Of a stretch of DNA of 64,000 nucleotides, positions 22,595-32,827 are shown piece by piece. Numbering within the stretch: position 1 is the first letter of the stretch; each line of letters opens with the position of its first letter. The stretch spans positions 96,001 through 160,000 of the forward strand of contig JBKBYA010000003.1 in NCBI GenBank assembly GCA_046313635.1, written 5' to 3'. This DNA is from Pyrinomonadaceae bacterium (GTDB lineage Bacteria > Acidobacteriota > Blastocatellia > Pyrinomonadales > Pyrinomonadaceae). Below the pieces are notes generated by a model. That model was given only the letters and a program-made list of their open reading frames with translations, had not been told where the DNA came from and made no database searches. Position numbers and translations under genes: made by a program.

Positions 22595-23704
22595 ATGCCC
22601 GATCCGCACATCTCAAACGGACAGCAAGACCTCTCTATCAAGCCGCTCGGTGCGGGCGACCTGATCGATCGCGCAGTGCGACTGTACAGGCAGAATTTCA
22701 GGACGCTGCTGCTGATCGCGGCGCCGCCGGTGATGGTCGGGGCGGCGTTCCTGGTCGTGTGGCGGTTTGCAATGAGAGAGATGTTCGGCATCTCGTCGAG
22801 CGCAGCGGTGGGCGGCGAGCTGGTCCTTTATTACGTTTTCACGGCGCTCGGCAGCGCTCTGATCTGGTTTCTCGAGACGGTCGCGACGCTGGTCGTGATG
22901 GGCGGCGCGTCGCGAAACTTTGTCCGCAGCCTGCTCTTTGGCGAGCCGCTGTCCTTCCGCGAGACGTATCGCAATGTCCGATCGCGTCTCGCCGGTCTCA
23001 CCGTGGCGTCGATGCTGATCGCCTTTGTGCTCTCCGTCGTAGGCGTGGTCGTCTTTTATCTCTCGATGCTTGCGCTCGGCGTGTCGATGGTACTCATCGC
23101 GGCGACGCTTGAAGCGCTTCCGTTCCTGCTCGTCATCGCCGTGGTCCTGGCCGCCGCGGTGATCGTACTGGGCGGCGGGGCGTTGTTCTTTCTCGCGGCG
23201 TCGCGATTCGCATACGTGCCGCAGGTGATGATGGTCGAGGGGCAGTCGGTCGGCGCCGCGATCGCACGCAGCACCTCGCTCGCGAGCGGCAATTTGAAGC
23301 GTCTTGCCGCGCTCTTTATCTTTACGACGGTCGCGACCTACTCGGCGCTTGCCATTCTCTACGTGCCGCTCGGATGGATAGGCTGGCTCGAGGGCGTCGA
23401 GATCATCTCCGGCAACGCCGACAGCGTGCCGGCCTGGTACGAGCTCGCGTCGCAGCTGATCGGGCAGGCGAGCGTCATCCTTATGTCGCCGGTCTGGATG
23501 ATCGGACTGTGTCTGCTATACGTCGACGAGCGCGTCCGCAGCGAGGGCTACGATATCGAACTGATGGCCGCTCGCTCGCTCGGCGAGATACCCGCGGTAC
23601 CGCCGGATCACGTCAATCCGCTGCAGCCGGCGCTGGCCGGCACGCAGGCGTCGGCCCCGGCACGGGATGACGGCGGGCGATTGACGACGCTGGGTCTCGG
23701 GTGA
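22595..23704 (+). CDS. Integral membrane protein of the MoxR-associated operon
   Basis: KPLGAGDLIDRAVRLYR N-terminus; LLYVDERVRSEGYDIE C-terminus. Confidence 0.8.
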   Translation: MPDPHISNGQQDLSIKPLGAGDLIDRAVRLYRQNFRTLLLIAAPPVMVGAAFLVVWRFAMREMFGISSSAAVGGELVLYYVFTALGSALIWFLETVATLVVMGGASRNFVRSLLFGEPLSFRETYRNVRSRLAGLTVASMLIAFVLSVVGVVVFYLSMLALGVSMVLIAATLEALPFLLVIAVVLAAAVIVLGGGALFFLAASRFAYVPQVMMVEGQSVGAAIARSTSLASGNLKRLAALFIFTTVATYSALAILYVPLGWIGWLEGVEIISGNADSVPAWYELASQLIGQASVILMSPVWMIGLCLLYVDERVRSEGYDIELMAARSLGEIPAVPPDHVNPLQPALAGTQASAPARDDGGRLTTLGLG

Positions 23705-23711
23705 GCGATCG

Positions 23712-24794
23712 ATGAACAGACCTTATCCGGCAAATTCGATCAGACGGCTCGCGTGCGTCGCGACCGCGCTCCTGCTTGCCGCGCTGTCGGTAGCGGCCGC
23801 GGGCACGCTCGACGACTACCGCTCGCGTGTAAAAAGGGCCGTTGAACTATCCGAGGGACTACACAATATGCTCGCGGGCGACTCGCGCGGTGCCGACGTC
23901 GATCGTTACGTCGCCGACACGATCAGGTCGATACGCGCGGCCCTGCCCGAGCGCGAGACCGTAGCATTCGACGGCGGCGAAGTCGAGGTCTCAAACCGCT
24001 GGCTGCGGACGAGCCTCGACGACCTGCAGCGCGAATCGTCAAACTCGCGGCGAGCCCGCATCGCACTCGAGATCAACGAGCGTCTCGCGGCCATCGCGAG
24101 CCAGCTCGCCGGCGGCCCGGCCCGTGCCGACCAGCCGTCAAAAGACTCTGACAAGCAAAAGCTCGCCGAGATACTCGCTCGCGACGAGTATCAAAAGCCC
24201 GAGCCCAAGCGCGAGAGTCTGATCGAGCGCTGGATCCGCGAGCTGCTCGAGTGGCTCGCACGTTTATTCCCGCAGCCGCAGATCGGCGAGCAGTCGGCGG
24301 GCGGTTTTGGAGCGATCTCGCAGGTGCTGCAGGTCGTCGTTTACGCGGCGATCATCGGACTGCTCGGCTTTGCGATCTTTAAATTAGCGCCGCGGCTTTT
24401 AAGGCGTCTCGGCGGCGAGGGCGACGGCGAGACCGACGGAGAACGCATAATTCTAGGCGAGCGTGTCGGAGCCGAGCGCTCGGCCCGCGACCTTATGAAC
24501 GAGGCCGACGAGCTGGCCCGCGCCGGCGACGTGCGCGGCGCGATCCGCAAGGGCTACATCGCTTTTCTGTGTGAGCTGCACGACCGCAAGCTCGTCAGCC
24601 TCTCGCGCGAAAAGACCAATCGCGACCTGCTGCGCGACGTCAGGCGGCGGCGTGCTCCGCTCTTTGACAAGATGAAGGCGCTCACGGCACGTTTCGAGCG
24701 GCACTGGTACGGCCTTAGGCCCGCCGGCGAGAGCGAATGGGAGAGCTTTCGCAAGGATTATCACGAAGCGCTCAGGCAGGACTCGGGCTCGTAA
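23712..24794 (+). CDS. DUF4129-domain protein
   Basis: AIRKGYIAFL…KTNRD…FERHWYG. Confidence 0.8.
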   Translation: MNRPYPANSIRRLACVATALLLAALSVAAAGTLDDYRSRVKRAVELSEGLHNMLAGDSRGADVDRYVADTIRSIRAALPERETVAFDGGEVEVSNRWLRTSLDDLQRESSNSRRARIALEINERLAAIASQLAGGPARADQPSKDSDKQKLAEILARDEYQKPEPKRESLIERWIRELLEWLARLFPQPQIGEQSAGGFGAISQVLQVVVYAAIIGLLGFAIFKLAPRLLRRLGGEGDGETDGERIILGERVGAERSARDLMNEADELARAGDVRGAIRKGYIAFLCELHDRKLVSLSREKTNRDLLRDVRRRRAPLFDKMKALTARFERHWYGLRPAGESEWESFRKDYHEALRQDSGS

Positions 24795-24833
24795 AAGGGC
24801 TGCCCGAGCGAGTCCCAGATCTGCATCTCACAA

Positions 24834-26303
24834 ATGAAGCAGCGTCTATTCATCCTTTTGACCTTTGTCGTCGTGCTCGTCGTGCTCGTCGTGCTCAACG
24901 CGGCGTCGTACGTGCAAAAGGACCGAACGCCCGACAGCGAGGCGATGCCGAACCGGTCGAGCTTCAACACCGGCGCGACCGGCACGCAGGCGCTTTTTAC
25001 GCTGCTTAAAGAGACCGGACGGCCCGTACGTCGCTGGCAGCGCGGCATCGAGTCGCTTGCCGACGCCGCAGACCGCCCGGCGACGTTCGTAATGATCGGG
25101 CCGCTCAAGCGTGAGGTGACCGAGGCCGAGGCGACGAAGGTGCTCGAGTTCGTCTCCGACGGCGGCACGCTCGTGCTGATCGACCGCGACCCGCCAAAAG
25201 AGCTCGTGACGACGACCTCGAGCTGGAAGGTCTGGCTCTCAGGCAACCCGGCGGTCGAGCTGCTGTCGGTCGATCCGCTCGACATCGTGCAGATGACAAA
25301 AGGCGCGGACGCGGCCCGGTTCGTCCAGCCGACGCGATTCTCGCGCGGCGTCAACGCGGCGCAGCCCTCGCGGTTCTCGTCGTGGGTCGGCTTTGAGCGA
25401 TATGACGAGGAGTACGATCTGGGAACCGGATACAGAGCTCCGGCAGCCTCGTCCTTGCCTGACGATCTTAAGGGCCCGGTCGCGCCGCCGCCCGTGAAGC
25501 GCGAGCTCCTGGCCGCGCAGGACAAGCGTTATGGCGACGACAAAGGTCTTTACGCCGCGCCGACGCCGGCCGACGTGGCCAGCGACCCGCTGCCGGACGC
25601 GTTCGAGCCGACCTTTGACGCGCCGGTCGTGCATTTGACGAGCGGCGAAAAGAACCTGCTCGTTGACGTGCCCTTCGGCTCGGGGCGTATCGTCTATCTC
25701 GCCGACCCTTACATCGTCTCCAATGCAGGCATCGCTCTCGTCGACAACGCACGGCTCGCGACCAACATCCTGACCGCCGCCGGCGGGCCGATCGCCATCG
25801 ACGAGTATCATCACGGCTACGGGGCCGACAACAACCGGTTTCTCGAGTACTTTGCCGGCACGCCGGTGATCGCGATCTTTATGCAGCTTGCTCTGCTGGC
25901 GGCGCTGATCATGTTTTCGCAGAGCCGGCGATTTGCGCGGCCGCTGCCCGACGCATCGCCCGACCGGCTCTCAAAGCTGGAGTACGTCTCGGCGATGGCC
26001 GATATGCAGCGGCGGCTCAAGGCATACGACCTCGCGATGGAGAATATCTTTGTCGACTTCAGACGGCGTGCGGCACGCGCGGTCGGCCTCGACAACTCCA
26101 CCGCCAGCCGAAGACAGCTCGCCGAGGCCGTCGCCGCGCGGATCGACGGCGACGCACGCGAGATCGAGCATTTGATGAACAGCTGCGAGTCGGTCATGCA
26201 CGGCGACCGAGCGTCGGCCGACGAGGTGCTCGGGCTGACCGTGCGGCTCCGCGAGATCGAGACGCGGCTCGGCATCGGCCAGCGGCTGAAATACCGCCTT
26301 TGA
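24834..26303 (+). CDS. DUF4350-domain protein
   Basis: SSFNTGATGTQAL, GRIVYLADP…SN, IDEYHHG, RRFARP. Confidence 0.8.
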   Translation: MKQRLFILLTFVVVLVVLVVLNAASYVQKDRTPDSEAMPNRSSFNTGATGTQALFTLLKETGRPVRRWQRGIESLADAADRPATFVMIGPLKREVTEAEATKVLEFVSDGGTLVLIDRDPPKELVTTTSSWKVWLSGNPAVELLSVDPLDIVQMTKGADAARFVQPTRFSRGVNAAQPSRFSSWVGFERYDEEYDLGTGYRAPAASSLPDDLKGPVAPPPVKRELLAAQDKRYGDDKGLYAAPTPADVASDPLPDAFEPTFDAPVVHLTSGEKNLLVDVPFGSGRIVYLADPYIVSNAGIALVDNARLATNILTAAGGPIAIDEYHHGYGADNNRFLEYFAGTPVIAIFMQLALLAALIMFSQSRRFARPLPDASPDRLSKLEYVSAMADMQRRLKAYDLAMENIFVDFRRRAARAVGLDNSTASRRQLAEAVAARIDGDAREIEHLMNSCESVMHGDRASADEVLGLTVRLREIETRLGIGQRLKYRL

Positions 26304-26763
26304 ATCCTCTCGCACGCTGCGCTTAAAGAACGAGATTCACTTTTTTGAAGATATTCCCGAGATCTCGGATGGCCCGCGGTCGCGCGGGGGCGGCTGCCCG
26401 AACTCGCCCGATCGGCGGCGCGAGGCACTAGGTTCTCTGGTTTCAAATTCTTAGAATGAACCGCGGCCCGCCCGCGAGGCCGCCGGCGGCTGCGGGCATA
26501 ACAATTGCCGCTCTTCGTGAGCCGACCAATTTCCGTTTCTCTCCAAGCCCGATGGGTTTATTTCGGAAGGGTCGCCGTCCTTGAAATTTGGTCTCTCCCA
26601 GATCTCAGAGACAAATTTGATCATCGATCGAGTGCCCGGCCCGGCGGCAGCGGCCGGCCGCTCCGCGGCGATCTCCCGCTGTGAGACCGCGGGGTATGAG
26701 CTCGACGCGATATCGCAAGTTCTGATCCGATACGTCGGATCACTGACCGGTAGAAACGGCTGC

Positions 26764-26798
26764 GGTCTTCCGCATTTGCGGGAGGCCTTTTTGTTTTT
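26764..26798 (+). terminator. Rho-independent terminator upstream of the TauE gene
   Basis: GGTCTTCCGC-attt-GCGGGAGGCC-TTTTTGTTTTT. Confidence 0.8.
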
Positions 26799-26865
26799 GG
26801 CGCCGGCCGTCGCCGCGGCGGCGGTCAATCGGCTAAACTGAGATCGTTCGCATCTGCCATCCGAC

Positions 26866-27615
26866 GTGGAGATCTATTCGCTTATCATCCTGATCGCGAT
26901 CTTTGTCGCGACGAGCTTTGTCGGCGTCGTCACGGGCAGCAATTCGCTGATCGCGGTCCCGGCGATGTTTCAGCTCGGCATCGATCCAAAGGTGGCGGTC
27001 GCGACGAATATGTTCGGCCTGACCTTTATGTCGGTCGGAGCGACGATCCCCTTTCTGCGAAAGCGCGCGATCGACGTCAGAAAGGTCTCGCCGCTCATCG
27101 TGATCACGCTCGTCGCCTCGGCGCTCGGCGCGATGCTCGTCGGGATGATCACGTCGGCGGGCATCAAGCTGATCGTATCGATCGCGATGATCGCCGTCGC
27201 CGCATTTACGCTCGCACGGCGAAACGCGGGCATCGAGCCCGGCGATCCGTCGGCGTGGAAGCTCGCTGCCGCCTACATCCTCACATTCCTGCTCGGCATC
27301 TACGGCGGACTTTACAGCGGCGGCTACGTGACGGTTTTGACGACGGTGCTCGTCGTATTTTTTGGGATGACGTTTTCGGAGTCGATCGCCTCGACCAAGC
27401 TGATCAACGTCTTTTCTTCACTGGTCGCGACGGTCGTCTTTATGCTGCAGGGGCTCGTCGATTACAAGCTCGGCGCCATCCTCGGCGCAGCGATGTTTGC
27501 CGGAGCGTACGCCGGGGCACATTACGCGACGCGCCTCGACGACGTCTGGCTAAAGCGCATTTTCCTCGCGGCGGTATTTTTGCTGGCGGTCAAAACGCTT
27601 TATGATTTCTTCTAG
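26866..27615 (+). CDS. TauE/SafE (TSUP) family transporter
   Basis: VAVATN, GIYGGLYSGG, multiple TM helices. Confidence 0.85.
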   Translation: MEIYSLIILIAIFVATSFVGVVTGSNSLIAVPAMFQLGIDPKVAVATNMFGLTFMSVGATIPFLRKRAIDVRKVSPLIVITLVASALGAMLVGMITSAGIKLIVSIAMIAVAAFTLARRNAGIEPGDPSAWKLAAAYILTFLLGIYGGLYSGGYVTVLTTVLVVFFGMTFSESIASTKLINVFSSLVATVVFMLQGLVDYKLGAILGAAMFAGAYAGAHYATRLDDVWLKRIFLAAVFLLAVKTLYDFF

Positions 27616-27636
27616 TTCACGACACCCATACCAGCA

Positions 27637-28590
27637 ATGCTCGACCACACGCCCGCAACCGTCGCCCATATCCTCAACGAGCTGCGCAAGACCATCGTCG
27701 GCCAGGACGAGGTCATCGAGCAGATCCTGATCGCCATCCTGGCCGAGGGCCACGCCCTGCTCGAGGGCGTCCCCGGCACGGCCAAGACGCTCACGATCAA
27801 GACGCTCGCCGCCGCCATCGGCGCGCACTTTTCGCGGATACAGTTCACGCCCGACCTGATGCCGTCGGACATCACCGGAACCAACGTTTTTAATATGCAG
27901 ACGTCGCAGTTCACCCTGCGGCACGGCCCGGTCTTTACCGACATACTGCTCGCCGACGAGATCAACCGCACGCCGCCGAAGACGCAGGCCGCGCTGCTCG
28001 AGGCGATGGAGGAGCGGCAGGTCACCATCGACGGCGAACGCTATCAGCTCTCGCCCATTTTTACGGTGCTCGCGACAGAGAATCCGATCGAGTACGAGGG
28101 AACGTACCCGCTGCCCGAGGCGCAGCTCGATCGCTTTTTGCTGAAGATACTTATCGAGTATCCGGAGCAGGAGGCCGAGCTCGAGATCGTGCGGCGCTGG
28201 GACGACGGCTTCAACTCGCGCCACTTGGATGAGGTAAACATCGAGAGTCTCGCCGACCCCGCGGCGATCCAGCACTGCCGCGCCGAGATACGTGCGATGA
28301 GGATGGAGCCGGGCGTGCGGCAGTATGTCGTAGACGTCGTACGCAAGACCCGAAGCCACCCGACGATACTCTACGGTGCCAGCCCGCGCGCGAGCGTCGC
28401 GCTCCTGGTCTGCTCAAAGGCGCTGGCCGCGATCCGCGGCCGCGACTTTCCGACGCCGGACGACGTACGTGACGTGGCGCTCCCGGTGCTCCGTCACCGC
28501 CTCGCGCTCAGGGCCGAGGCCGAGCTCGACGGAGCGACCACCGACGCCGTCATCTCGGACATCCTTCGGACGGTCGAGGTGCCGAGATAG
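27637..28590 (+). CDS. moxR: MoxR-family AAA+ ATPase
   Basis: [51 protein letters not shown]. Confidence 0.93.
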   Translation: MLDHTPATVAHILNELRKTIVGQDEVIEQILIAILAEGHALLEGVPGTAKTLTIKTLAAAIGAHFSRIQFTPDLMPSDITGTNVFNMQTSQFTLRHGPVFTDILLADEINRTPPKTQAALLEAMEERQVTIDGERYQLSPIFTVLATENPIEYEGTYPLPEAQLDRFLLKILIEYPEQEAELEIVRRWDDGFNSRHLDEVNIESLADPAAIQHCRAEIRAMRMEPGVRQYVVDVVRKTRSHPTILYGASPRASVALLVCSKALAAIRGRDFPTPDDVRDVALPVLRHRLALRAEAELDGATTDAVISDILRTVEVPR

Positions 28591-28659
28591 ACGTTTGTCA
28601 GGATCGAATATTGGAGGCTGTCCGGAAGGGCAGCCTCTATTAGTTTTTGCGGCAGGTTT

Positions 28660-28827
28660 GGTGTCCCGGCATAGCCCCGCCGTTCACGGCGAGGCCAGGC
28701 GAGAAAAAAAATCAAAGGGCGTTTTAACGCCCTTCTCGCTCGTCGCCTGATAAGCCCGTTGAAACGGGCTGCCGAATTCTGTTTGGATCGTCACCCCGGC
28801 CTGAAGGGCGTGGCTATGCTAAGACCA
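28660..28827. repeat. REP/REPIN-like nested palindromic element
   Basis: Outer arms GCATAGCC…GGCTATGC; inner hairpins AAGGGCGTTTTAACGCCCTT and AGCCCGTTGAAACGGGCT. Confidence 0.7.
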
Positions 28828-28867
28828 TCGTCGCCGCCGGCACGAATGCTTCCCGCGAGTCCTCTCG

Positions 28868-30289
28868 TCAGTCGAGATCCTCAGGCTTGTTCGCGGCAGG
28901 CGGCTTTGGCGTCGCGGGCGGTGTGCCGCCCGCTCGCGGTGTCGGCGTGCTCTTTGGTGCGGCGGTGTTCGCCGGCGGTACCGCGGCGTTGGCATTTGCC
29001 GCCGGTGAATTCTTCGGTGACGGCGTCGGTTTTGCGGTATTCGCATTTGCCGGGACCGGAACGAGGATCACGCCGCCCTCGGTCGGCATAAATTGGCTCG
29101 GGTTGTTCGGGTCGATCGTGATGACCTGGCCGCCCGGCGGGACGTAAGTCTGCGGCGGTGCGCCCGCCGGCGGAGTCCCGCCGTTGGCCCACGGATTATA
29201 GCCGTCGCCTCCCGGCATCGTTCCCGGCGGCATCGACATATTCGAATTCATCATCAGCTCGGCCGCGTTCGGCGGCAGGTTCGCAAGGCTCTCTTCCTGC
29301 GTGCCGGTCGCGGGGCTGAGCGGCTGTACGGGCTGGCCGTTCGCGTCCGGCTGCAGCACGGTCGCGGGCTCTGTGCGTCTCGTGTAGGTCGCGTAGATCA
29401 GCACGGCCGAGAGCAGCCCTATGCCGACGATGACGATGAATGCCGTCTTCCAAAGATCACGGCCTAACGCCGCGGCGTTTGCCCGCGCAGCGTCGCCGCC
29501 GATACTTGTCAGCTCGGCTGCGAACTCCTCAGCCGAGGCAAATCTCATCTCCGGATCGATCGCGAGCGCCTTGAGGATCGAGGCCTCGAGACCGACTGGC
29601 AGGTCCTGTCGAAACGACGACAGCGGAGCCGGCGGCGCATCTTGGAGCCGAGCGATCTCGTCCGCGTCCGCGGCGTCGAAGGGCGGACGTCCGGCGAGTA
29701 CTTCATACGCCGTGACACCGAGCGAGTAAACGTCGGACCGCGTATCCGGTTCGCCTCCGCGCAAGAGCTCGGGTGCGGTGTAACGCACCTCTTCGGTCGT
29801 CGAGCTGCCAAAATCAAACACCTTCACCGCGCCGCCGTCCGCATCGTCGACAAGGACCGCCGATGGAGAGATGGCTCCGTGCACGACGCCCTTTGAATGT
29901 GCCGCCGCTACGCCCTCAACGACACCGCGGATGATCGACACGGCACGGTCGGTCGCAAAAGGCTCGCCTTCGCGAGATATCAGCTCGCGCAGCGTCGTCG
30001 CGGGCGGAGGTTCGTAGATCGCATAACGACCTCGGCCATCCGACCCGACGTCGGTCAGCGCGAGCACATTCGGATGCGAGAGCCGTGCTTCGAGACGGGA
30101 TGCGCGCTCAAACTGCAGGAGGGCCTCGTCGTTGTCAGCTGAGGCCGTATCCAAAACCTTGATCGCCACGGGCCGCTCGACCGCGATATTGCGGCCGCGG
30201 TAGAGAGGGCCGAGGCGGGTCTGAGCGATCAGTTCCTCGACGAGATACTTGCCGTCGATCACCGGTCCAAGATTTTCGTTTGCCATCAT
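28868..30289 (-). CDS. Membrane Ser/Thr kinase-like protein (probable pseudokinase)
   Basis: VAIK, DFG, YTAPE and SDVYSLG present; catalytic loop reads HGAISPSA; TM helix and Pro-rich tail. Confidence 0.85.
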   Translation of the reverse strand: MMANENLGPVIDGKYLVEELIAQTRLGPLYRGRNIAVERPVAIKVLDTASADNDEALLQFERASRLEARLSHPNVLALTDVGSDGRGRYAIYEPPPATTLRELISREGEPFATDRAVSIIRGVVEGVAAAHSKGVVHGAISPSAVLVDDADGGAVKVFDFGSSTTEEVRYTAPELLRGGEPDTRSDVYSLGVTAYEVLAGRPPFDAADADEIARLQDAPPAPLSSFRQDLPVGLEASILKALAIDPEMRFASAEEFAAELTSIGGDAARANAAALGRDLWKTAFIVIVGIGLLSAVLIYATYTRRTEPATVLQPDANGQPVQPLSPATGTQEESLANLPPNAAELMMNSNMSMPPGTMPGGDGYNPWANGGTPPAGAPPQTYVPPGGQVITIDPNNPSQFMPTEGGVILVPVPANANTAKPTPSPKNSPAANANAAVPPANTAAPKSTPTPRAGGTPPATPKPPAANKPEDLD

Positions 30290-30433
30290 CGATTAGAAAG
30301 CACGCTTTCGCTGCCGGGTTGCAATTCGATTTGCACGTCTTGCCGATAGTATCGACGCACTCTCCCCGCAGACAAAATGCGGACAAAGCTCGATCGAGCC
30401 TTGTCCGCATCAAGCTCCCGGCGAAGCTCTGAA

Positions 30434-30754
30434 TTAGAGCTTAACGAAGACGATGACCAGCGCAAACAGCACCAGAGACTCGATCAGCGCGAGGGCGATG
30501 ATCATAAGCGTCTGGACGGTGCCGGCTGCTCCGGGATTGCGGGCGGCACCCTCGGCGGCACGCGAGCCGACGAGACCCTGACCGATAGCGGCGAGTCCGG
30601 CGGCGAGACCGAAACCGAGTCCGGCCGCGAGGGCCTTGGACGAGCTGACCGTCGACTCGTTGTCGGCCGCGGCGGCACCCGCCTGGGCGAGGGCCGGCAG
30701 CGCCGACACGACGAGCGCGAGCGTTGCGAAAAATGCGTATTTGATCTTGTTCAT
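30434..30754 (-). CDS. atpE: ATP synthase F0 subunit c
   Basis: GQG…ARNP…LIESL. Confidence 0.93.
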   Translation of the reverse strand: MNKIKYAFFATLALVVSALPALAQAGAAAADNESTVSSSKALAAGLGFGLAAGLAAIGQGLVGSRAAEGAARNPGAAGTVQTLMIIALALIESLVLFALVIVFVKL

Positions 30755-30983
30755 TTGCTATCTCCTATTTTGTTTTGATCAGAAGACGGAACCGTTCGCG
30801 TCGCAGCCCGGCTGCCGGGGTATTAGTTCGCCTCACTTCCGGTATGCCTTGATTTCGACTCTCGTTGGAGTCAAGGCTCCTGTCGCGTGCGGGCTTATCT
30901 GCTATGAATGACAGCCGTGAGCGTCGGCGTCCCATTCCGCTCTTCTGTTTTTCCGGCCGGCGATGCGGCCGCGAAACCTTTGA

Positions 30984-31892
30984 TCACACGTGAGCCGTGG
31001 CGATCGCCTCGCCCGTCTTCTCCGAATGAATGCCGCCGTGATCGTGATCGTGCGGCGCGTGTGTGACCTCGCTGATATAGATCGTCGACAGCAGCGTAAA
31101 GACAAGCGTCTGTACAAAGGCGACAAAGACCGCGAGCGGCATCAGCAGCACCGGCAGCAAGAGCTGCGTGTACGGCGGGAACAGATTCGCGATCTGCAGC
31201 GATATCTGCTCGTCGGCAAACATATTGGCAAAGAGTCGTATGCCGAGCGTCATCGGGCGGATCAGGTTGCTGACCGTCTCGATAAAGAAGATCAGCGGCG
31301 TGATAAAGATCGCGATCAGCAGCGGCAGCCGCGGCCCGGCGAGGTGAGCGACGTGATTAATGAGCCCGTTCTCGCTGATGCCGACGTAGTTGTAATAAAC
31401 GAAAGACGCGATGCCGAGGGCGAAGGTAACGTTGACCGACGCGGTCGGCGCCATAAAGAGCGGGAAGAGGCCCATCAGATTCGAGACGAGCACGAGCACC
31501 GCGAATGTCGCGATGACCGGAAAGTACTTGAATCCGTGCTCGCCGATCACGTTCGTGACCATGTCCCTGATAGCGAGAAACCCAGCCTCGACCGTCAGCT
31601 GCCCGCCGCTCGGGTCGTCCTGCGACAGCTTGCCCTTGAGCACGTTGACGACGACGATCGTGAGAATGCACGCGATCACGAACATGATCGTGTACCAAGG
31701 GATGGCGTTCTCGACAGTGTACGGGCCAAAGACCTTTTCGGCCGACGTGCCGAGATGCTTGAAAACCAGATTGTCCCAGAGCGGCTTGGTATAAGCGACC
31801 TGAAACTCGTGGACAGGCTTGCCGAAATAATGGTTGATGAACTCAACGATCAATGGCGTATGGTGACCGCCGCCTTCCGCAAATAAGAACAT
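30984..31892 (-). CDS. atpB: ATP synthase F0 subunit a
   Basis: NLMGLFP, RPMTLGIRLFANM, FVQTLVF. Confidence 0.93.
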   Translation of the reverse strand: MFLFAEGGGHHTPLIVEFINHYFGKPVHEFQVAYTKPLWDNLVFKHLGTSAEKVFGPYTVENAIPWYTIMFVIACILTIVVVNVLKGKLSQDDPSGGQLTVEAGFLAIRDMVTNVIGEHGFKYFPVIATFAVLVLVSNLMGLFPLFMAPTASVNVTFALGIASFVYYNYVGISENGLINHVAHLAGPRLPLLIAIFITPLIFFIETVSNLIRPMTLGIRLFANMFADEQISLQIANLFPPYTQLLLPVLLMPLAVFVAFVQTLVFTLLSTIYISEVTHAPHDHDHGGIHSEKTGEAIATAHV

Positions 31893-31894
31893 CG

Positions 31895-32320
31895 TTAAAT
31901 TTCCTTCTTAAAAGTGCTTGTAAAAATCCCGATCAAACCGTCGACAACGACCGCGAGCGCAAACGACGCGAGGCCGAGGATCACCGCTTCCATCGGCAGT
32001 GCCTTGAGAAGATAGATCCCAAGAAGAACGCTGCCGAGCGCCGCGTACCGGAGCAGAAAGCCCGCGGCCGGCCAGGCGATGCCGGGCGAGCCGTCGATGG
32101 CCCGGCGAAAGATCGCAGCGGTCGAGCTCCGCAGCCAAAAGTAATTGGCAAAGGCCAATCCGCCGCCTGCCGCAACGCCGATCGCGAAACGGGCCGAAAC
32201 GAAGATCGCCCCCAGAACGGTCGCGGCCGAGACGATCGCCGCCATTTCAAACAGTATCCGCCGGTGCGAGATCTCTCGAATATTCTGCGCAGTCCCCGAA
32301 GGATGAGATTCCTCGCCCAT
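31895..32320 (-). CDS. atpI: ATP synthase I-chain protein
   Basis: Four TM helices; immediately upstream of atpB. Confidence 0.8.
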   Translation of the reverse strand: MGEESHPSGTAQNIREISHRRILFEMAAIVSAATVLGAIFVSARFAIGVAAGGGLAFANYFWLRSSTAAIFRRAIDGSPGIAWPAAGFLLRYAALGSVLLGIYLLKALPMEAVILGLASFALAVVVDGLIGIFTSTFKKEI

Positions 32321-32370
32321 TGCGAAACGAAAATTTTACTAGGGAAAACAGAAAACTCAAAACCGAACGG

Positions 32371-32814
32371 CTACTCGGGCAGCTTTGTTTCGCCCGTTCC
32401 GGGCTCGTCCGCGACGTGCAGCGGTCTCAGCGGCAGCGAGTCGGCGGCCTTGGGCCTGAATATCTGCGAGGTGATGCGAAAGAACTGCAAAAAGCCGATG
32501 ATCGAGCCAAGCACGATGCCGCCGATCACGCCCCAGGGGCTGCTGCCGAGGATGAGGTCGGCCATCCAGCCGATAAAAAGCATAAAGACGATCGCCCCAA
32601 AAAAAGCCATGCCGGCAGACCACGCGAGGCCGAAGCGGCGAATGTTCACGGCGGTCGATTCGGGCTCAAACGCCGTCATCACCGGCGGCGTGTCGATCGA
32701 CCCCTCGGGCTGGCTGAGCTCGGGATACGGGTCGGCCAAAGCCGCGGCCTGGGGCTCGCGGGCCGTCTGGCCGGCGGCGTCGTTCGCGTCTTCGTTATCG
32801 AATAAGCCCTGCAT
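32371..32814 (-). CDS. atpZ: AtpZ/AtpI-family protein
   Basis: GWMADLILGSSPWGVIGGIVLG. Confidence 0.75.
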   Translation of the reverse strand: MQGLFDNEDANDAAGQTAREPQAAALADPYPELSQPEGSIDTPPVMTAFEPESTAVNIRRFGLAWSAGMAFFGAIVFMLFIGWMADLILGSSPWGVIGGIVLGSIIGFLQFFRITSQIFRPKAADSLPLRPLHVADEPGTGETKLPE

Positions 32815-32827
32815 TTTTCGGCGTTTC

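Noticed and set aside
26451..26841. ORFs within the DUF4350-TauE gap
   Set aside because: Atypical composition, no RBS or motifs, and they cross a strong terminator.
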